The notes: generated from the sequence alone by a model not told the origin. DNA of 64,000 bases from Abditibacteriaceae bacterium (GCA_965277285.1 OZ255721.1:3072001-3136000), one strand, 5' to 3'. Numbered from the stretch's first letter, positions 10,088 to 21,234 are shown. A program made the numbers and translations.

Positions 10088-12037
10088 ATGAACAGCGAAC
10101 AATTTAAGGTGACGGTTTCGCGTTTGGAAGAATATGCGCAACGCAACCCGCAGATGTATCGGCGCAAAGTCGGCTTGATCGCGTTGCTGGGCTACGTGTA
10201 CATTGCCTTTGTGCTGTTGCTGGTTGTCTCCATGGTCTTGGTTCTGGTTGCGCTGATTTTGCTGGCGCATATCTTCAGTGCGGCTCTTTTGCAAATGGCC
10301 TTTGCGCTGAGTCTTGTGGCATCGGGCATCATCCGTTCGTTGTGGGTGCGATTTCCGCGTCCCGAAGGCATTCCGCTCACGCGTGACGAAGCGCCCGAAC
10401 TTTTTCGTGTCGTCGATGATCTGACTGCGCAACTCAAAACCCATCCTTTTCACCATGTTTTGTTGACCGACGATTTCAACGCGGCGGTATTCCAGTTTCC
10501 GCGCCTGGGCATTTTGGGATGGCAAGAAAACTATCTGCTGCTGGGCTTGCCTTTGATGCAGGCTTTGCCTCTCGAACATGTGCGATCCATCGTGGCGCAC
10601 GAGATGGGACATCTTTCGCAGAATCATTCGCGCTTTTCTGGCTGGATTTACCGTGTGTTTCAAACGTGGCAGCAGATGATTGTCAATCTTGCGAGGCGTG
10701 GCAATCGTGGCGCCTGGTTGTTCGACAAATTTCTGCGTTGGTATGCGCCGTTCTTTGGCGCTTACTCGTTCGTCTTGCGCCGCGCCGACGAATATGTGGC
10801 CGACCGTTGCGCCGCCGAATTGGTGGGCGTTCAAGCGACCGGCGATGCCCTGATTAACACGCAGGTTCGCGGTCAGTTCCTGCACGAAAGTTTCTGGCCC
10901 GATATTTATAAACAAGCCGAAACCGACCGACATCCGCCCGAGGTCGTTTTCTCCCAGTTGTCCACCACCTTGCGCACCAATCTGGCGTTTCAGGACGCGA
11001 GCCAATGGTTGGCAAAAGCTTTTCTGGAACGTTCCGAATATGATGATACGCATCCCTGTCTGCGCGACCGACTGAACTCGTTGGGCTACTTTGCAGAAGG
11101 CCAAACTCCTCAATCGAGTACTCGAAACGCCGAAAACAACAGCGATAATAAATTACCAATTGATGTTCAGCGATTCACGAAGCCTGTGGAACAGAGCGCG
11201 GCGGAAGTGTTGCTGGGCGGGCAGGAAAGTCGTTTGATCGAACAATTGAACGGGCAGTGGCATACGCGAGTCGCTTCGTCCTGGGAACAACACCATCAGA
11301 AAATCCTCAAATCGCGCCAGGAATTGGAAGAACTGGAAATCAGGGCGCCAGGCAAACCATTGACCAACGAAGAAGAATGGCAGCGTGTCGTGCGCACCCT
11401 TCAAGTGCGTGGCGACGCCGAAGCCTTGCCCGTGTTGCGAGCCTTTGTCCAAAAACATCCTCAGCATCGCGCGGGTCGTTTTCTGCTTGGTCACACGCTT
11501 TTGGAACAAGGCGACGAGACAGGCATCGCACCGCTGGAAAGCCTGATGAAAGATGATCCGAGCAGCACGCCCCAATGTTGCCAACGGCTTTATGAGCATT
11601 GCAAAGCACAAGGGCGTTATGATGAGGCCGACCGTTACCGCGCACGCGCTGAAACCTTTGTCGAGCGCGTGCAAAGTGCGCCCGACGAGCGTCAAACCTT
11701 GTCCTGGCATCGAACCTTTGCGCCGCATCGCCTTGATGCGACTGAAACTGTGCGCATTCAAAAAGCCCTGGCGGAAAGTGGACTGGTGCAAGCAGCGTAT
11801 CTGGTTCGTAAAAACGCCGAATACGCCGAACAGGTCATGCAACACATTTTAGGCGTCAAAGCGCGGCAACAAAATGGCGGCGCCTTGGGAGCCGAATCCA
11901 GCCGCAAGCTGGCGGAAAAATTAAACGCGCAACTTGGTGGCATTCCTGAACTGAAGGTTGTCGTTTTCGATAATCAAACGCGCGGTATCGAAGAAGCAAT
12001 GGCGCAAATCGAAGGAGCGAAAGTCTTTCCTCGCTGA
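10088..12037 (+). CDS. M48 family zinc metallopeptidase with helical/TPR-like C-terminus
   Basis: Two N-terminal TM helices, FNAAV, AHEMGH, EYVADR, DTHP. Confidence 0.85.
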   Translation: MNSEQFKVTVSRLEEYAQRNPQMYRRKVGLIALLGYVYIAFVLLLVVSMVLVLVALILLAHIFSAALLQMAFALSLVASGIIRSLWVRFPRPEGIPLTRDEAPELFRVVDDLTAQLKTHPFHHVLLTDDFNAAVFQFPRLGILGWQENYLLLGLPLMQALPLEHVRSIVAHEMGHLSQNHSRFSGWIYRVFQTWQQMIVNLARRGNRGAWLFDKFLRWYAPFFGAYSFVLRRADEYVADRCAAELVGVQATGDALINTQVRGQFLHESFWPDIYKQAETDRHPPEVVFSQLSTTLRTNLAFQDASQWLAKAFLERSEYDDTHPCLRDRLNSLGYFAEGQTPQSSTRNAENNSDNKLPIDVQRFTKPVEQSAAEVLLGGQESRLIEQLNGQWHTRVASSWEQHHQKILKSRQELEELEIRAPGKPLTNEEEWQRVVRTLQVRGDAEALPVLRAFVQKHPQHRAGRFLLGHTLLEQGDETGIAPLESLMKDDPSSTPQCCQRLYEHCKAQGRYDEADRYRARAETFVERVQSAPDERQTLSWHRTFAPHRLDATETVRIQKALAESGLVQAAYLVRKNAEYAEQVMQHILGVKARQQNGGALGAESSRKLAEKLNAQLGGIPELKVVVFDNQTRGIEEAMAQIEGAKVFPR

Positions 12038-12072
12038 GAAGCGGCAGATGCTCAATCGAGTACTCAATCGTC

Positions 12073-12156
12073 GCGGACGCACAGGCGGACGCACAGGCGG
12101 ACGCACAGGCGGACGCATAGGCGGACGCATAGGCGGACGCATAGGCGGACGCATAG
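12073..12156. repeat. VNTR, 7 x 12-bp GCGGACGCAYAG
   Basis: 3 x GCGGACGCACAG then 4 x GCGGACGCATAG. Confidence 0.95.
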
Positions 12157-12184
12157 AAAGCGAACCAGGAGCGAGTACTCGATA

Positions 12185-12293
12185 ACGAACCCGCAGCGTG
12201 AGCGACGGGCTTGCTTTGTAATGTCATGTAACTTCGCGTAAGCCCGTCGTTCAAGCTCGTCGTTCAAGCTCGTCGTTCACGCTGCGGGTTCGT
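12185..12293. repeat. REP-like inverted repeat, family C (GAACCCGCAGCGT arms), with internal 3 x 13-bp tandem
   Basis: ACGAACCCGCAGCGTGAGCGACGGGCTT ... CACGCTGCGGGTTCGT; AAGCYCGTCGTTC x3 at 12240-12278. Confidence 0.85.
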
Positions 12294-12324
12294 GAAGTCC
12301 AGCAAACGCGGTAAAATAGCGGGC

Positions 12325-15224
12325 ATGACACCAGCCGAATTCGTCCATAAATGGAGCCGCAACACGCGCCACGAGCGTTCCGCCGCGCAAGAGCATTTCA
12401 TCGATTTGTGTCGTCTTCTCGATCATCGCACGCCCAACGACGATGCCGATGGAACCGATTTCGCGTTTGAAAAAGGCGTCACGCGGCGGCGCGGCAACCG
12501 CGACGGGCAAGGCTGGGCCGATGTTTGGAAACGCGGTTTCTTCGGCTGGGAATACAAAGGCAAGCACAAAGACCTCGACGCCGCTTACAAGCAATTGCAG
12601 CAATATGCGCAATCGTTGGAAAACCCGCCGCTGCTCGTCGTCTGCGACCTGGCGAAACTGGAGCTTTACACCAATTTCAACAACGCGCCGACGACGCGAC
12701 ACGTTTGGAATTTGAACGAACTCGACAAAGTGGGCGAGCTGCAAAGGCTACGCGGCATTTTCGAGGAACCCGAACGTTTTCGTCCGAGCGAAACGACGCA
12801 GGAAATCACCGAGCGCGCGGCGCAAAAGCTGGGTGAAATCGCGGGTTTGATGCACGCGCGCGGGCAAGAGGTGCTGGAAGTCGCGCGCTTTCTCGACCGC
12901 ATCGTGTTTTGTCTTTTCGCCGAAGACATCGGGCTTTTGCCGCCGCAGATTTTTACGCAAATCGTTCACAACAATCGTTATAATCCCGACAAACTGGCGC
13001 GACGAATCGAAAAACTCTTTCGCGCGATGGCCATTGGCGACGATTTCGACGAGTACGTCATTCGGCGTTTCAACGGCAATTTGTTCAACGACGAGCCGGT
13101 TTTGCTGCTGGAACAAAAAGAAATTGATGTCATCCGCGAATCGTGTGGCTTCAACTGGGACGCGCTCAGTCCGTCCATCATGGGAACGCTGTTTGAAAGT
13201 GCGCTCGAAAAAAACAATAATCGCGCGCAACTGGGCGCGCATTACACCGGACAAAGCGACATCGAAGCCCTCATCAAACCCGTTGTGATGGCGCCGCTCG
13301 AAGCCGAATGGAACACGCTCGAAGCGCGCCTGACAAAGGAACACGACGAATTCGCGCAAAACGAAGTCGCGGCGTTTCTCGAGCGATTATGCGCGATTCG
13401 AGTACTCGATCCGGCGTGCGGCAGCGGCAATTTTTTGTATGTCGCGCTGCAAATGCTGAAAGATTTCGAGAAAAACGTGTGTCTGCGCGCCGAAGATCGC
13501 GGCTGGGGAAAGTTCGATTTGCGCGTGCGCTCCGAACAATTCATCGGGCTGGAAGTGAACGCCAACGCGCTCGACCTGGCGCGACGACGTTGTGGATCGG
13601 CTTTTTTCAATGGATCGCCGCCAACGGTTTTCACTTTCCCGCCGATCCTTTGCTGCATTCGACCGACAATTTCCATTGTGCCGACGCCGTTCTCGACCGC
13701 AGCGATTTGGACAATCCGCGCGAAAGCGATTGGCCGCGCGCCGATTTTATCGTCGGCAATCCGCCGTTTTTGGGCGGCAGTTTGTTGTGGCGCGAATTGG
13801 GACGCGATTATCAGCGCGATTTGTGGCGCGTTTACGAAGGTCGCGTTCCTGGCGGCGCCGATTTGTGTTGCTACTGGTTTGAAAAAGCACGCGCGCAAAT
13901 TGAAACGGGAATGACCAGACGCGCCGGTTTAATTGCGACGCAGGCGATTCGCGGCGGCGTCAACCGCGAAGTTTTGAAACGCATCAAAAGCAGCGGAGAT
14001 ATTTTCTTTGCGCAAAGCGACCAAAAATGGACTTTGAAAGGCGCGGCGGTTCACGTTTCAATGGTCGCCTTTGACAACGGAACGCAAACACATCGAGTAC
14101 TCGATGGCCACGAAGTCACAACCATCAACGCCGATTTATCCAGCGAAAGCGATGTCACGCAAGCACAACTAATTTCTAAAAACGCTAACATTTGTTTTTT
14201 AGGCGTGATGAAATCAGGGGATTTTAATATTTCAGAAGCAACAGCTTTAGCAATGTTGCAAATGCCGAATGTTCATGGACGACCAAACAGCGACGTTTTG
14301 CGTCCACGAGTCACAGCCGAAGCGTTGGTGCGTCGAACTGGAAGCGATTGGCTGATTGATTTCAACGACCAAAGTTTGAACGATGCCGCTTTGTATGAAG
14401 CACCGTTTGGGCACATCGAAACGCACGTTAAACCTGTGCGCTTAGAAAATCGCCGATCACGAACTGCTGAACGTTGGTGGCTTCATGGTGAAAACCGTCC
14501 CGGAATGAGGCGCGCTTTACACAATCTGCCGCGATTTTTAGTAACTCCGCGAGTGAGTAAACATCGTATTTTCGCTTGGCTCGATTCAACGTTTGTCGCA
14601 GACCACAAACTTTGTGCGTTTGCGCGCGACGATGATTACTTCTTTGGTGTACTGCATTCGCGTTTACACCAAGTTTGGGCGTTGAAATTAGGTACACAAT
14701 TGCGCGAACGTGAAAGTGGATTCACGTACACGCCGACAAGTTGTTTTGAGACGTTTCCGTTTCCGCTGCCTTCGGACGAACATCGCGCGGCGATTGGCGA
14801 AGCCGCGCGTTTGCTCGATGAACGTCGTCGCAATTGGCTCAACCCGCCGGAATGGATGCGCGAGGAAATCGTGGAGTTTCGCGGCTCGGTCGATGGCGCG
14901 TGGCGTCGTTTTGTGGTTGACGCCGACTCCAGCGGAATGGGAACCGTGCGCTATTCGCGTCAAGTTCCGCGCGACCCGAATATGACGGTTCCGATTGTGC
15001 GCGACGGTGTGACATCCGCCGTCAAACTGCGCGACGAACTGCCGCGCCGCACCTTGACCAATTTGTATAACGCGCGCCCGCAATGGCTCGACAATTTGCA
15101 TCGAGTACTCGATGTCGCCGTTTGCGCGGCTTACAACTTTTCGCCCGACCTGAGCGACGAAGAAATCTTGGCGAAACTATTGGAATTGAACGGCGAACGC
15201 GCCGTCAACGAACCCGCAGCGTAA
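12325..15224 (+). pseudogene. MmeI-like (Type IIL/IIG) fused restriction endonuclease-N6-adenine methyltransferase, frameshifted near 13583
   Basis: N-terminal ERSAAQEHF...ADVW...WEYK nuclease; GAHYT; motif I RVLDPACGSGNF in one frame; motif IV GNPPFLG, ADLCCYWF and C-terminal TLTNLYN..W..LD.AV.AAY in another; one added base restores LARTTLWIG. Confidence 0.88.
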
Positions 15225-15315
15225 GCGATAGGTCTTCTGTTTGACAACGCGTTGGGTGCGGACGCGGCGATTTCGACCGACAGAAGACCCATCGCTTACG
15301 CTGCGGGTTCGTTGA
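15205..15315. repeat. REP-like inverted repeat, family C; supplies the stop codon of the R-M gene
   Basis: TCAACGAACCCGCAGCGTAAGCGAT ... ATCGCTTACGCTGCGGGTTCGTTGA. Confidence 0.85.
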
Positions 15316-15443
15316 AGCGAATATCATCAACAATCCCAATGGTTAAGAAGTGAAAGTGATGAGCCGCGCGGCGCTGTATCGCGCGGCTTTTTTGGTTAAT
15401 CTAAAGAACGTCCTAAATCTCGTCTTAGAAAGGTAAAAACAAA

Positions 15444-16502
15444 ATGTCAAAGACTTTGAAAGTCGGCGTCATTGGCGTCGGCGGCATCGCGGGAACGCAC
15501 TTTCCCGGCTGGAACGACAGCCCTCACACCGAACTCGTAGCGCTCTCCGATGTCGTGCCAGCGACGCTCGAACGCGTGGCGAAAGCGCAGGGCGTTACGC
15601 GCACTTACGCCAAGCCCGAAGAAATGTTGGCTGATCCTGAAATCGACATCATCGACATTTGCACGCCCAACGCGTATCATGCGTCGCTTTCCGTCGCGGC
15701 GCTGCAAGCAGGCAAGCACGTCATTTGTGAAAAGCCTTTGGCTCCGACGCCCAAAGAAATCCGCGACATGATCGCAGCGCGCGACAAAAGCGGCAAACTG
15801 CTGATGACGGCGCAACATTTCCGTTTCGGCGGCGCGGCGCGCGCTCTCAAAGCCGAACTTGAAGGCGGACTTTTGGGCGAGATTTATCACGCGCGTTCGT
15901 GGATGCTGCGCCGCAACTGGGCGCCCGCCAGCCCCGGTTTCATCATGAAAAAGCACAGCGGCGGCGGCCCTTGCATCGACATCGGCGTCCACATTCTCGA
16001 CTTGACGTTGTGGATGATGGACAATCCCAAACCCGTGACTGTGACTGGCGTGACGCAGGACAAACTGGCACATCAGGAAGGCACCTTTTCCGCCTGGAGC
16101 GGCCCGATTTCCAAAGACTTCGATGTCGAAGAGTTCGCCGCCGCCTTTGTGCGCTTTGAAAACGGCGCGTCGTTGATCCTCGAAGTCTCGTGGTTGCTGC
16201 ATCATGCGACGACGGGCGAAGATATGCAAATGTGGCTTTATGGCACCAAAGGCGGCTCGCATTGGCCGCAAAACGAACTGCTTTCGGCCAACAACACGAC
16301 CAAGCAGTTGCTCAACACGCAATTGCAAACAAAGTCGGACAAAGTTGAACCGCATGCGCTCGAATGTATGGAGTTCGCCGCAGCGATTGTCGAAGGTCGC
16401 CCGTCGCCGGTTCCGCCCGAACAATCGCTGGATGTCACCGCCATTTTGGATGGCTTGTATCGCAGCGCAGCCCAAGGCGGCGAAGTCAAACTCGATTATT
16501 GA
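15444..16502 (+). CDS. Gfo/Idh/MocA family oxidoreductase
   Basis: GVIGVGGI, ICEKPLA, GGGPCIDIGVHILD. Confidence 0.92.
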   Translation: MSKTLKVGVIGVGGIAGTHFPGWNDSPHTELVALSDVVPATLERVAKAQGVTRTYAKPEEMLADPEIDIIDICTPNAYHASLSVAALQAGKHVICEKPLAPTPKEIRDMIAARDKSGKLLMTAQHFRFGGAARALKAELEGGLLGEIYHARSWMLRRNWAPASPGFIMKKHSGGGPCIDIGVHILDLTLWMMDNPKPVTVTGVTQDKLAHQEGTFSAWSGPISKDFDVEEFAAAFVRFENGASLILEVSWLLHHATTGEDMQMWLYGTKGGSHWPQNELLSANNTTKQLLNTQLQTKSDKVEPHALECMEFAAAIVEGRPSPVPPEQSLDVTAILDGLYRSAAQGGEVKLDY

Positions 16503-16599
16503 TGCAAATTGGGTTTGTAGAGGTTGGGTTTGGAGAACACGCGCCAAATGTCTAACCACACGCGTTAAACTCAGGGCATCAGCCAAAAGGAGTACGACC

Positions 16600-16809
16600 G
16601 TGAGTGACAATTCCCCGAAAGACGAAAACGCGCCCGCCAAAAAACTGTCGCCTTTAGAAGCGAAGAAACAATTGCAAGCGCAGCAGCGACAAGGCTTGCA
16701 AACCAAAACTAAAGGCGTTCAAGCGGCCCGCGATGGCGGCGAAACTGCGGGCAACAGCGACGCACCGCCGCCCAGAACAAATACGCCGCGCCGCGCCGGT
16801 GGAAGTTGA
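16600..16809 (+). CDS. Small hydrophilic hypothetical protein (69 aa)
   Basis: AAGGAG 7 nt before GTG; low-complexity, basic sequence. Confidence 0.55.
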   Translation: MSDNSPKDENAPAKKLSPLEAKKQLQAQQRQGLQTKTKGVQAARDGGETAGNSDAPPPRTNTPRRAGGS

Positions 16810-16932
16810 TTGAAGGAGTTGGCAAGCCTGATAACTCGTGGTACGAGGTTGTCCTGGAATGTCGAATGTCATGGCACCACGCCTGCAAGAAACGAGATGA
16901 ATTGCAAATCCGCGACACGAGCTATAACAGAT

Positions 16933-17060
16933 GACAATTGAAAGGCTACATCAGAACCTCGAACGTGACTGAGGGCTGAAGTAACAGTTTGGTCAGCCCT
17001 TCACTCACGTTCGGGGTTCTGGGATGCACACAACTCACACGTTGTAGCCTCTCAATTGTC
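16933..17060. repeat. Nested inverted repeats (family C-like core 16952-17021)
   Basis: Outer arms GACAATTGAAAGGCTACA / TGTAGCCTCTCAATTGTC; inner CAGAACCTCGAACGTGA / TCACGTTCGGGGTTCTG. Confidence 0.7.
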
Positions 17061-17155
17061 AGTTGCTATTTCTAAAGGAAAAGCCGCAACATCGGAAATG
17101 ATGTTGCGGCTTTTCTTTCGCCGATTCGAGTACTCGAATTGCAGCAATTGTCTTT

Positions 17156-17974
17156 TTACGTCGTGATAATGGCTTTGGAGCCGTGAAAGGTGAGGGTGCG
17201 AATGTTGGGTTTGAACGGCAAGTCGTCGTAGGAAATCAGCGGATTGAGTTGTTCGCTGAACTTGTTTTTGATAAAGCCCGGCACTTCGGCGCCGTTCAGC
17301 TTGAGCGATGTGATGTCGCACCAGACTTGATTGCCGCCGCTGCTTTTCAGCAAGTGCAAAGTGCCTTGCACGATGACTGGCCCGTTGAACCAACCCCAGT
17401 TCCAGTTGCCCGAAACGCGAATTTGATTACCGATGAATTTGGCGCGCAGGTTCATGTCTCTCGAGCTTTTGCCCTGCGAGAACATCCACGTCAAATCGTC
17501 TTCGCTGATGACGGCGCGCGCCGCAGTTTGCGCCGCATACGTCACGATGTCACGATGATCTTCTCTTAAAATCGCGTTCGTGCTGAGATGGACGTTACGC
17601 GCATGAAGCGAGAAATCGCTGACGCGCAACTTCTTGATAAGTAGCGGACTGCCCGCAATATAAACGTCGTTGAAATATCCCAGGTCAACGCGCGCTGAGG
17701 GCTTGATCACCAACGTCATTTTGCCGCTCGGACTGGAAATGCGACGGGTCAAAAAACGCTTCAAGTAAAACATCACGTTCGCGGCGCGCTGTTGTTCCTG
17801 CGGCGTCAAAGCAGATTTCGCGCCTGCAGGTTTCGCGCCTGCAAATTTCGCAGGAGCCGCCATCGCGGTACCGTCAAAAATCAAGGTTCCCAAAGCCAAA
17901 GCCGCAACTGTCGCGCCTGCAGCCTTGCCCCAGACGTGAGAAATCGAGCGTGAAGAAAAACGAACGTGTTTCAT
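17156..17974 (-). CDS. DUF2993/LmeA-like lipid-binding exported protein
   Basis: Signal peptide; AVISEDDL, ITSLKLNG, LNPLISYDDLPF pattern typical of DUF2993. Confidence 0.65.
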   Translation of the reverse strand: MKHVRFSSRSISHVWGKAAGATVAALALGTLIFDGTAMAAPAKFAGAKPAGAKSALTPQEQQRAANVMFYLKRFLTRRISSPSGKMTLVIKPSARVDLGYFNDVYIAGSPLLIKKLRVSDFSLHARNVHLSTNAILREDHRDIVTYAAQTAARAVISEDDLTWMFSQGKSSRDMNLRAKFIGNQIRVSGNWNWGWFNGPVIVQGTLHLLKSSGGNQVWCDITSLKLNGAEVPGFIKNKFSEQLNPLISYDDLPFKPNIRTLTFHGSKAIITT

Positions 17975-18609
17975 ATAACAACCTCAAAAAGAAATCGATG
18001 CGACCAACTTTGAGACATTTTTGTTGATCATCAACGTGCATCAGCAACAAACGTGTATCAGCAACAATAGCAAACGTCTGGCGCTTTGTCAGGTTCAGAC
18101 GAGTATTTTGTCGGGAAACTGCTCTGGCGATTTCTCGTGCTAAACGCAAATCTGGCAGTGCATCGTGTGCATTTTATGGCGAAATTCGCATCGAAAGATA
18201 TTTCCCTGATTATCGAACGGCAGGTGCCGCGACTTGTCACTGGAATTCTTCTTGAGTTATGAATGAACATCGAGTACTCGATAACCCCATTTTGACACAT
18301 TTTAGCAATAGCAAAGCGTAGTGAATTTGTGGCAAAAATAATTTCGCGTGTGACTTGTTTTTGACGCGTGCGCGCGGGTATGCTATGCTGCAAGCGAACC
18401 TCAAAAAAGTTCTTGATAAGGGCGTGATGTTTAGAAATTCGCTTACGCGTCCATATATAGTACATACGTAAGTAAAAAAGAGTCTCTGGCATCCGCGCCA
18501 TTGAAGCCGTCGAACTTGTAGCCACCGCGGAAAACGCCGTCGAAAACTCGTTGTCGTCGTGTTTTTGTCGTTGAACCGATTGTTGTTGATTCACAGGAGG
18601 AAGCCGTTC

Positions 18610-21234
18610 ATGCGGTCTCATCGTTCGTCACGCCTTGCCCCGTCGCACCGTTCCATTTTGCAACGTTCTCGTCGTTTATCTCCCGAAGCGCGCGCCCTGC
18701 GTGCCCTGGCCGCCGGAACTTTAGCTGGCGCCATCGGCAGTCCTTTTATCGCGCGCGCCGATGAAGCCAACGCTCCGTCGACTGCGACAAACAATGCGTC
18801 GGCGCGCCTGGAGCAACTGGGCGGCAACCAAAATGTCGGTCAAGGGCCGCGCGTTTCGATTGTGGCGCCTTCTTATTCCGACTTGGTGCGCGGCGATACG
18901 GCGATTGTGATCGCAGTGGAAGCCAGCGGTTCGCCCACTAAATCGGTTCAATTGTTTGTCGATGGTGTTTCGGCGAGCGGCGGCGGCGCGATTCCTTTTG
19001 AGAATTTGCCGTCGGCGCAATTCAACTGGCAAACCTCCAAATTTAGGGACGGACAGCATCAATTGAGCGTGCGCGTGACCGATGCCAATGGTTTTATCGG
19101 CCAAGCCGACACGCAGGTTTACATCAACAACAGCGGGCAAACCACGATTTCGGCGCCCAAGCTGAACTGGATGAACGTCCATGACGGCGATTTGTTGCAC
19201 GGGCAAGCCGATTTGCAATTGCAGGCTGGCAGCGGTTTCGGCGTCAAGTACATCGTTATCACGGTGAACTCGATTGCCAATCCCGACCGCTTGCCGCCAT
19301 TGCGCGCCAGCCTCATTAATCGCGCGCCGTATGTTTATTCGCTGGACACAATGCGCTTGCCGGATGGCGTTTATGTTCTCAAGGCGCGCGGCTACGACGT
19401 TTTGCAAAACGAAGGCGAAACCAAGCAAGTCACTTTTGGCGTTTCCAATAACGGCCTCAATCCGACTGTTATCGAGCGATTGAGCGAAGTGATGAGCAAG
19501 CAGAAACCGGAGCAGGACGCTTCGACTGCGCAACTTCCGGTCGCTTCGAGTACTCGAAATGTGGCGCGCGCCAGTGTTCTGACGACGCAAATTCATCCTG
19601 AAGCGCGTCGGACTCCGTCACAGAACGCTGTCGCTGACCAAAACGCCGCGAAAAACATTGCGACGAAGAATGTCGTTCAAAAAAGCGTTGTCAAAAACGT
19701 CGGCCACACATCCAAAGCCGTGAAGGCTTCGACGATAACGGTTCAAAAGTCGCAGTTGCGTGTTGCCACCACGAAAACAGTCGCCCCGAAAACTTCCACG
19801 CCGATGCGCGTCGCATCAGCGCCGGTTGCGATTACGCACAGCCGTTCGGTGGATGCGGCGCAGTTGATTTTGCCTCGTCCGTCGCTGACGGCAGCCAACC
19901 TTGCGACCTCGGTCGAACCTTCTCTTCAAACCTCGACAAAAGTGTCCGTTTTTGCCGATGACACAATGTTTCGCGCGAAAATCTCGTTGCCCGTTCTGCG
20001 TGAGAGCCGTAATAACATTGGGACGGTTGTTTCGAGTACTCGATGGGCGCAGGCGCCGCGAATTTCGTCAATCGCAAATGCCGCAACTACGGCACCGTCT
20101 TTGACGATGGCTGTTGCGTCGCCCGGCGTAGGAAGTATTGCTCCGGTCGCAAAAAGCACGACGGTTGCCGCAGGACCGGTTTCTGCTCTTCCTTTGTCGC
20201 CAGAAATGCGCCAATCACGCTCGCTGTCAAGCGTCCTTCCCGCAAAATCGGCCTCGTCGCCGGAAATGCGCAAGTCGCGCCCGATTCTCGGCGTGGTTCC
20301 GACGAAGGTCGCTGCGCCACGCGTTGATGTCAGCACGACTGTCGGAAACCGTAAGTCATCAACGGTTGCGACGCCGGAGCGTTTGGCGATGGCGCCGGAC
20401 ACGCGTCGTGGAACGGTGCCTTTTGGTGCTGCGACAACGCTTGATACGACGCATCAAAATGCGACGACGCGCGCGATTGGCGCCGCTCAGCAAAGTGCGC
20501 CGTTGCACATGACGACGGCGGTCTTGTCTGCGACCGATGCGCGGATCGCCGGAAGTGCGATGCATGCGGTTCGTGGAAACGACCAGTCGCGCGGCGTGCG
20601 TCAGTTGATTTCGTTGCCGAGCACGTTGGGTACGCCGTCGCGCTCGAACACGAACACGCCGCGCACCAATCCCGCGATCACGATGTCGCCAGCGACAGTT
20701 GCGGCTTTGGGAACGCGAGGCGCGGCGGGAACGCTTCCGGCTTTGCACGTTGTGGCAAAAGGCGAAACGCTGCGTTCAGTGGCCGCGCGTTATGGTTTGC
20801 CCGTTGAAACGCTGGCCAGCGTTAACGCATTGCCGGAGAAAGCGGTTTTGAAGACGGGCGAAAAATTGAATTTGCCGCGCGCCCTCAACTTCCGCTTCAG
20901 CGGCGAAAACAAGAGCAGCGACATCGGCGCGATCATGGTCGGCGAAACCAGCGTGGCGCCGTTCCGCTTCTTGTTCGAGCAGCAGGGCGGCACGATTCGC
21001 TGGGACGAAGCGCATCAGCGCATCACCGCGACCAATGGCACAAATCAGGTCACGTTGTCCATCGGCAGCCGCGAAGCGACCGTCAACGACCGCAAAGTAA
21101 TGATGGATTTGGCGGCGTTCCTGTTGAGCGGACGCACCATGGTGCCAATTCGCTTTTTCGAGAAAGCGTTGCAAGCGCAGGTTCAGTGGGAGCCGAGCAC
21201 GGGACGCATTTACATCTCGATGAGCAACGGCTAA
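18610..21234 (+). CDS. Exported protein: Ig-like domains, long S/T/A/P linker, LysM, copper-amine-oxidase N-terminal (stalk) domain
   Basis: RBS CAGGAGG; HVVAKGETLRSVAARYG..LASVN LysM; GRTMVPIRFF..ALQAQVQW stalk motif. Confidence 0.82.
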   Translation: MRSHRSSRLAPSHRSILQRSRRLSPEARALRALAAGTLAGAIGSPFIARADEANAPSTATNNASARLEQLGGNQNVGQGPRVSIVAPSYSDLVRGDTAIVIAVEASGSPTKSVQLFVDGVSASGGGAIPFENLPSAQFNWQTSKFRDGQHQLSVRVTDANGFIGQADTQVYINNSGQTTISAPKLNWMNVHDGDLLHGQADLQLQAGSGFGVKYIVITVNSIANPDRLPPLRASLINRAPYVYSLDTMRLPDGVYVLKARGYDVLQNEGETKQVTFGVSNNGLNPTVIERLSEVMSKQKPEQDASTAQLPVASSTRNVARASVLTTQIHPEARRTPSQNAVADQNAAKNIATKNVVQKSVVKNVGHTSKAVKASTITVQKSQLRVATTKTVAPKTSTPMRVASAPVAITHSRSVDAAQLILPRPSLTAANLATSVEPSLQTSTKVSVFADDTMFRAKISLPVLRESRNNIGTVVSSTRWAQAPRISSIANAATTAPSLTMAVASPGVGSIAPVAKSTTVAAGPVSALPLSPEMRQSRSLSSVLPAKSASSPEMRKSRPILGVVPTKVAAPRVDVSTTVGNRKSSTVATPERLAMAPDTRRGTVPFGAATTLDTTHQNATTRAIGAAQQSAPLHMTTAVLSATDARIAGSAMHAVRGNDQSRGVRQLISLPSTLGTPSRSNTNTPRTNPAITMSPATVAALGTRGAAGTLPALHVVAKGETLRSVAARYGLPVETLASVNALPEKAVLKTGEKLNLPRALNFRFSGENKSSDIGAIMVGETSVAPFRFLFEQQGGTIRWDEAHQRITATNGTNQVTLSIGSREATVNDRKVMMDLAAFLLSGRTMVPIRFFEKALQAQVQWEPSTGRIYISMSNG

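Noticed and set aside
11856..12267. Repetitive ORFs (MRPP, CVRL, GGRT repeats)
   Set aside because: Translations of the 12-bp VNTR, no RBS or coding signal
12325..15224. Local R-M enzymes as the writer of the palindrome
   Set aside because: MmeI-like and Type I/IIB-like enzymes recognise asymmetric or bipartite sites; nothing links them to a 12-bp palindrome beyond containing copies
17975..18609. Riboswitch or small RNA in the 635-bp gap upstream of the LysM gene
   Set aside because: No c-di-AMP, c-di-GMP or other consensus recognised by eye; divergent promoters suffice; an Rfam scan would settle it
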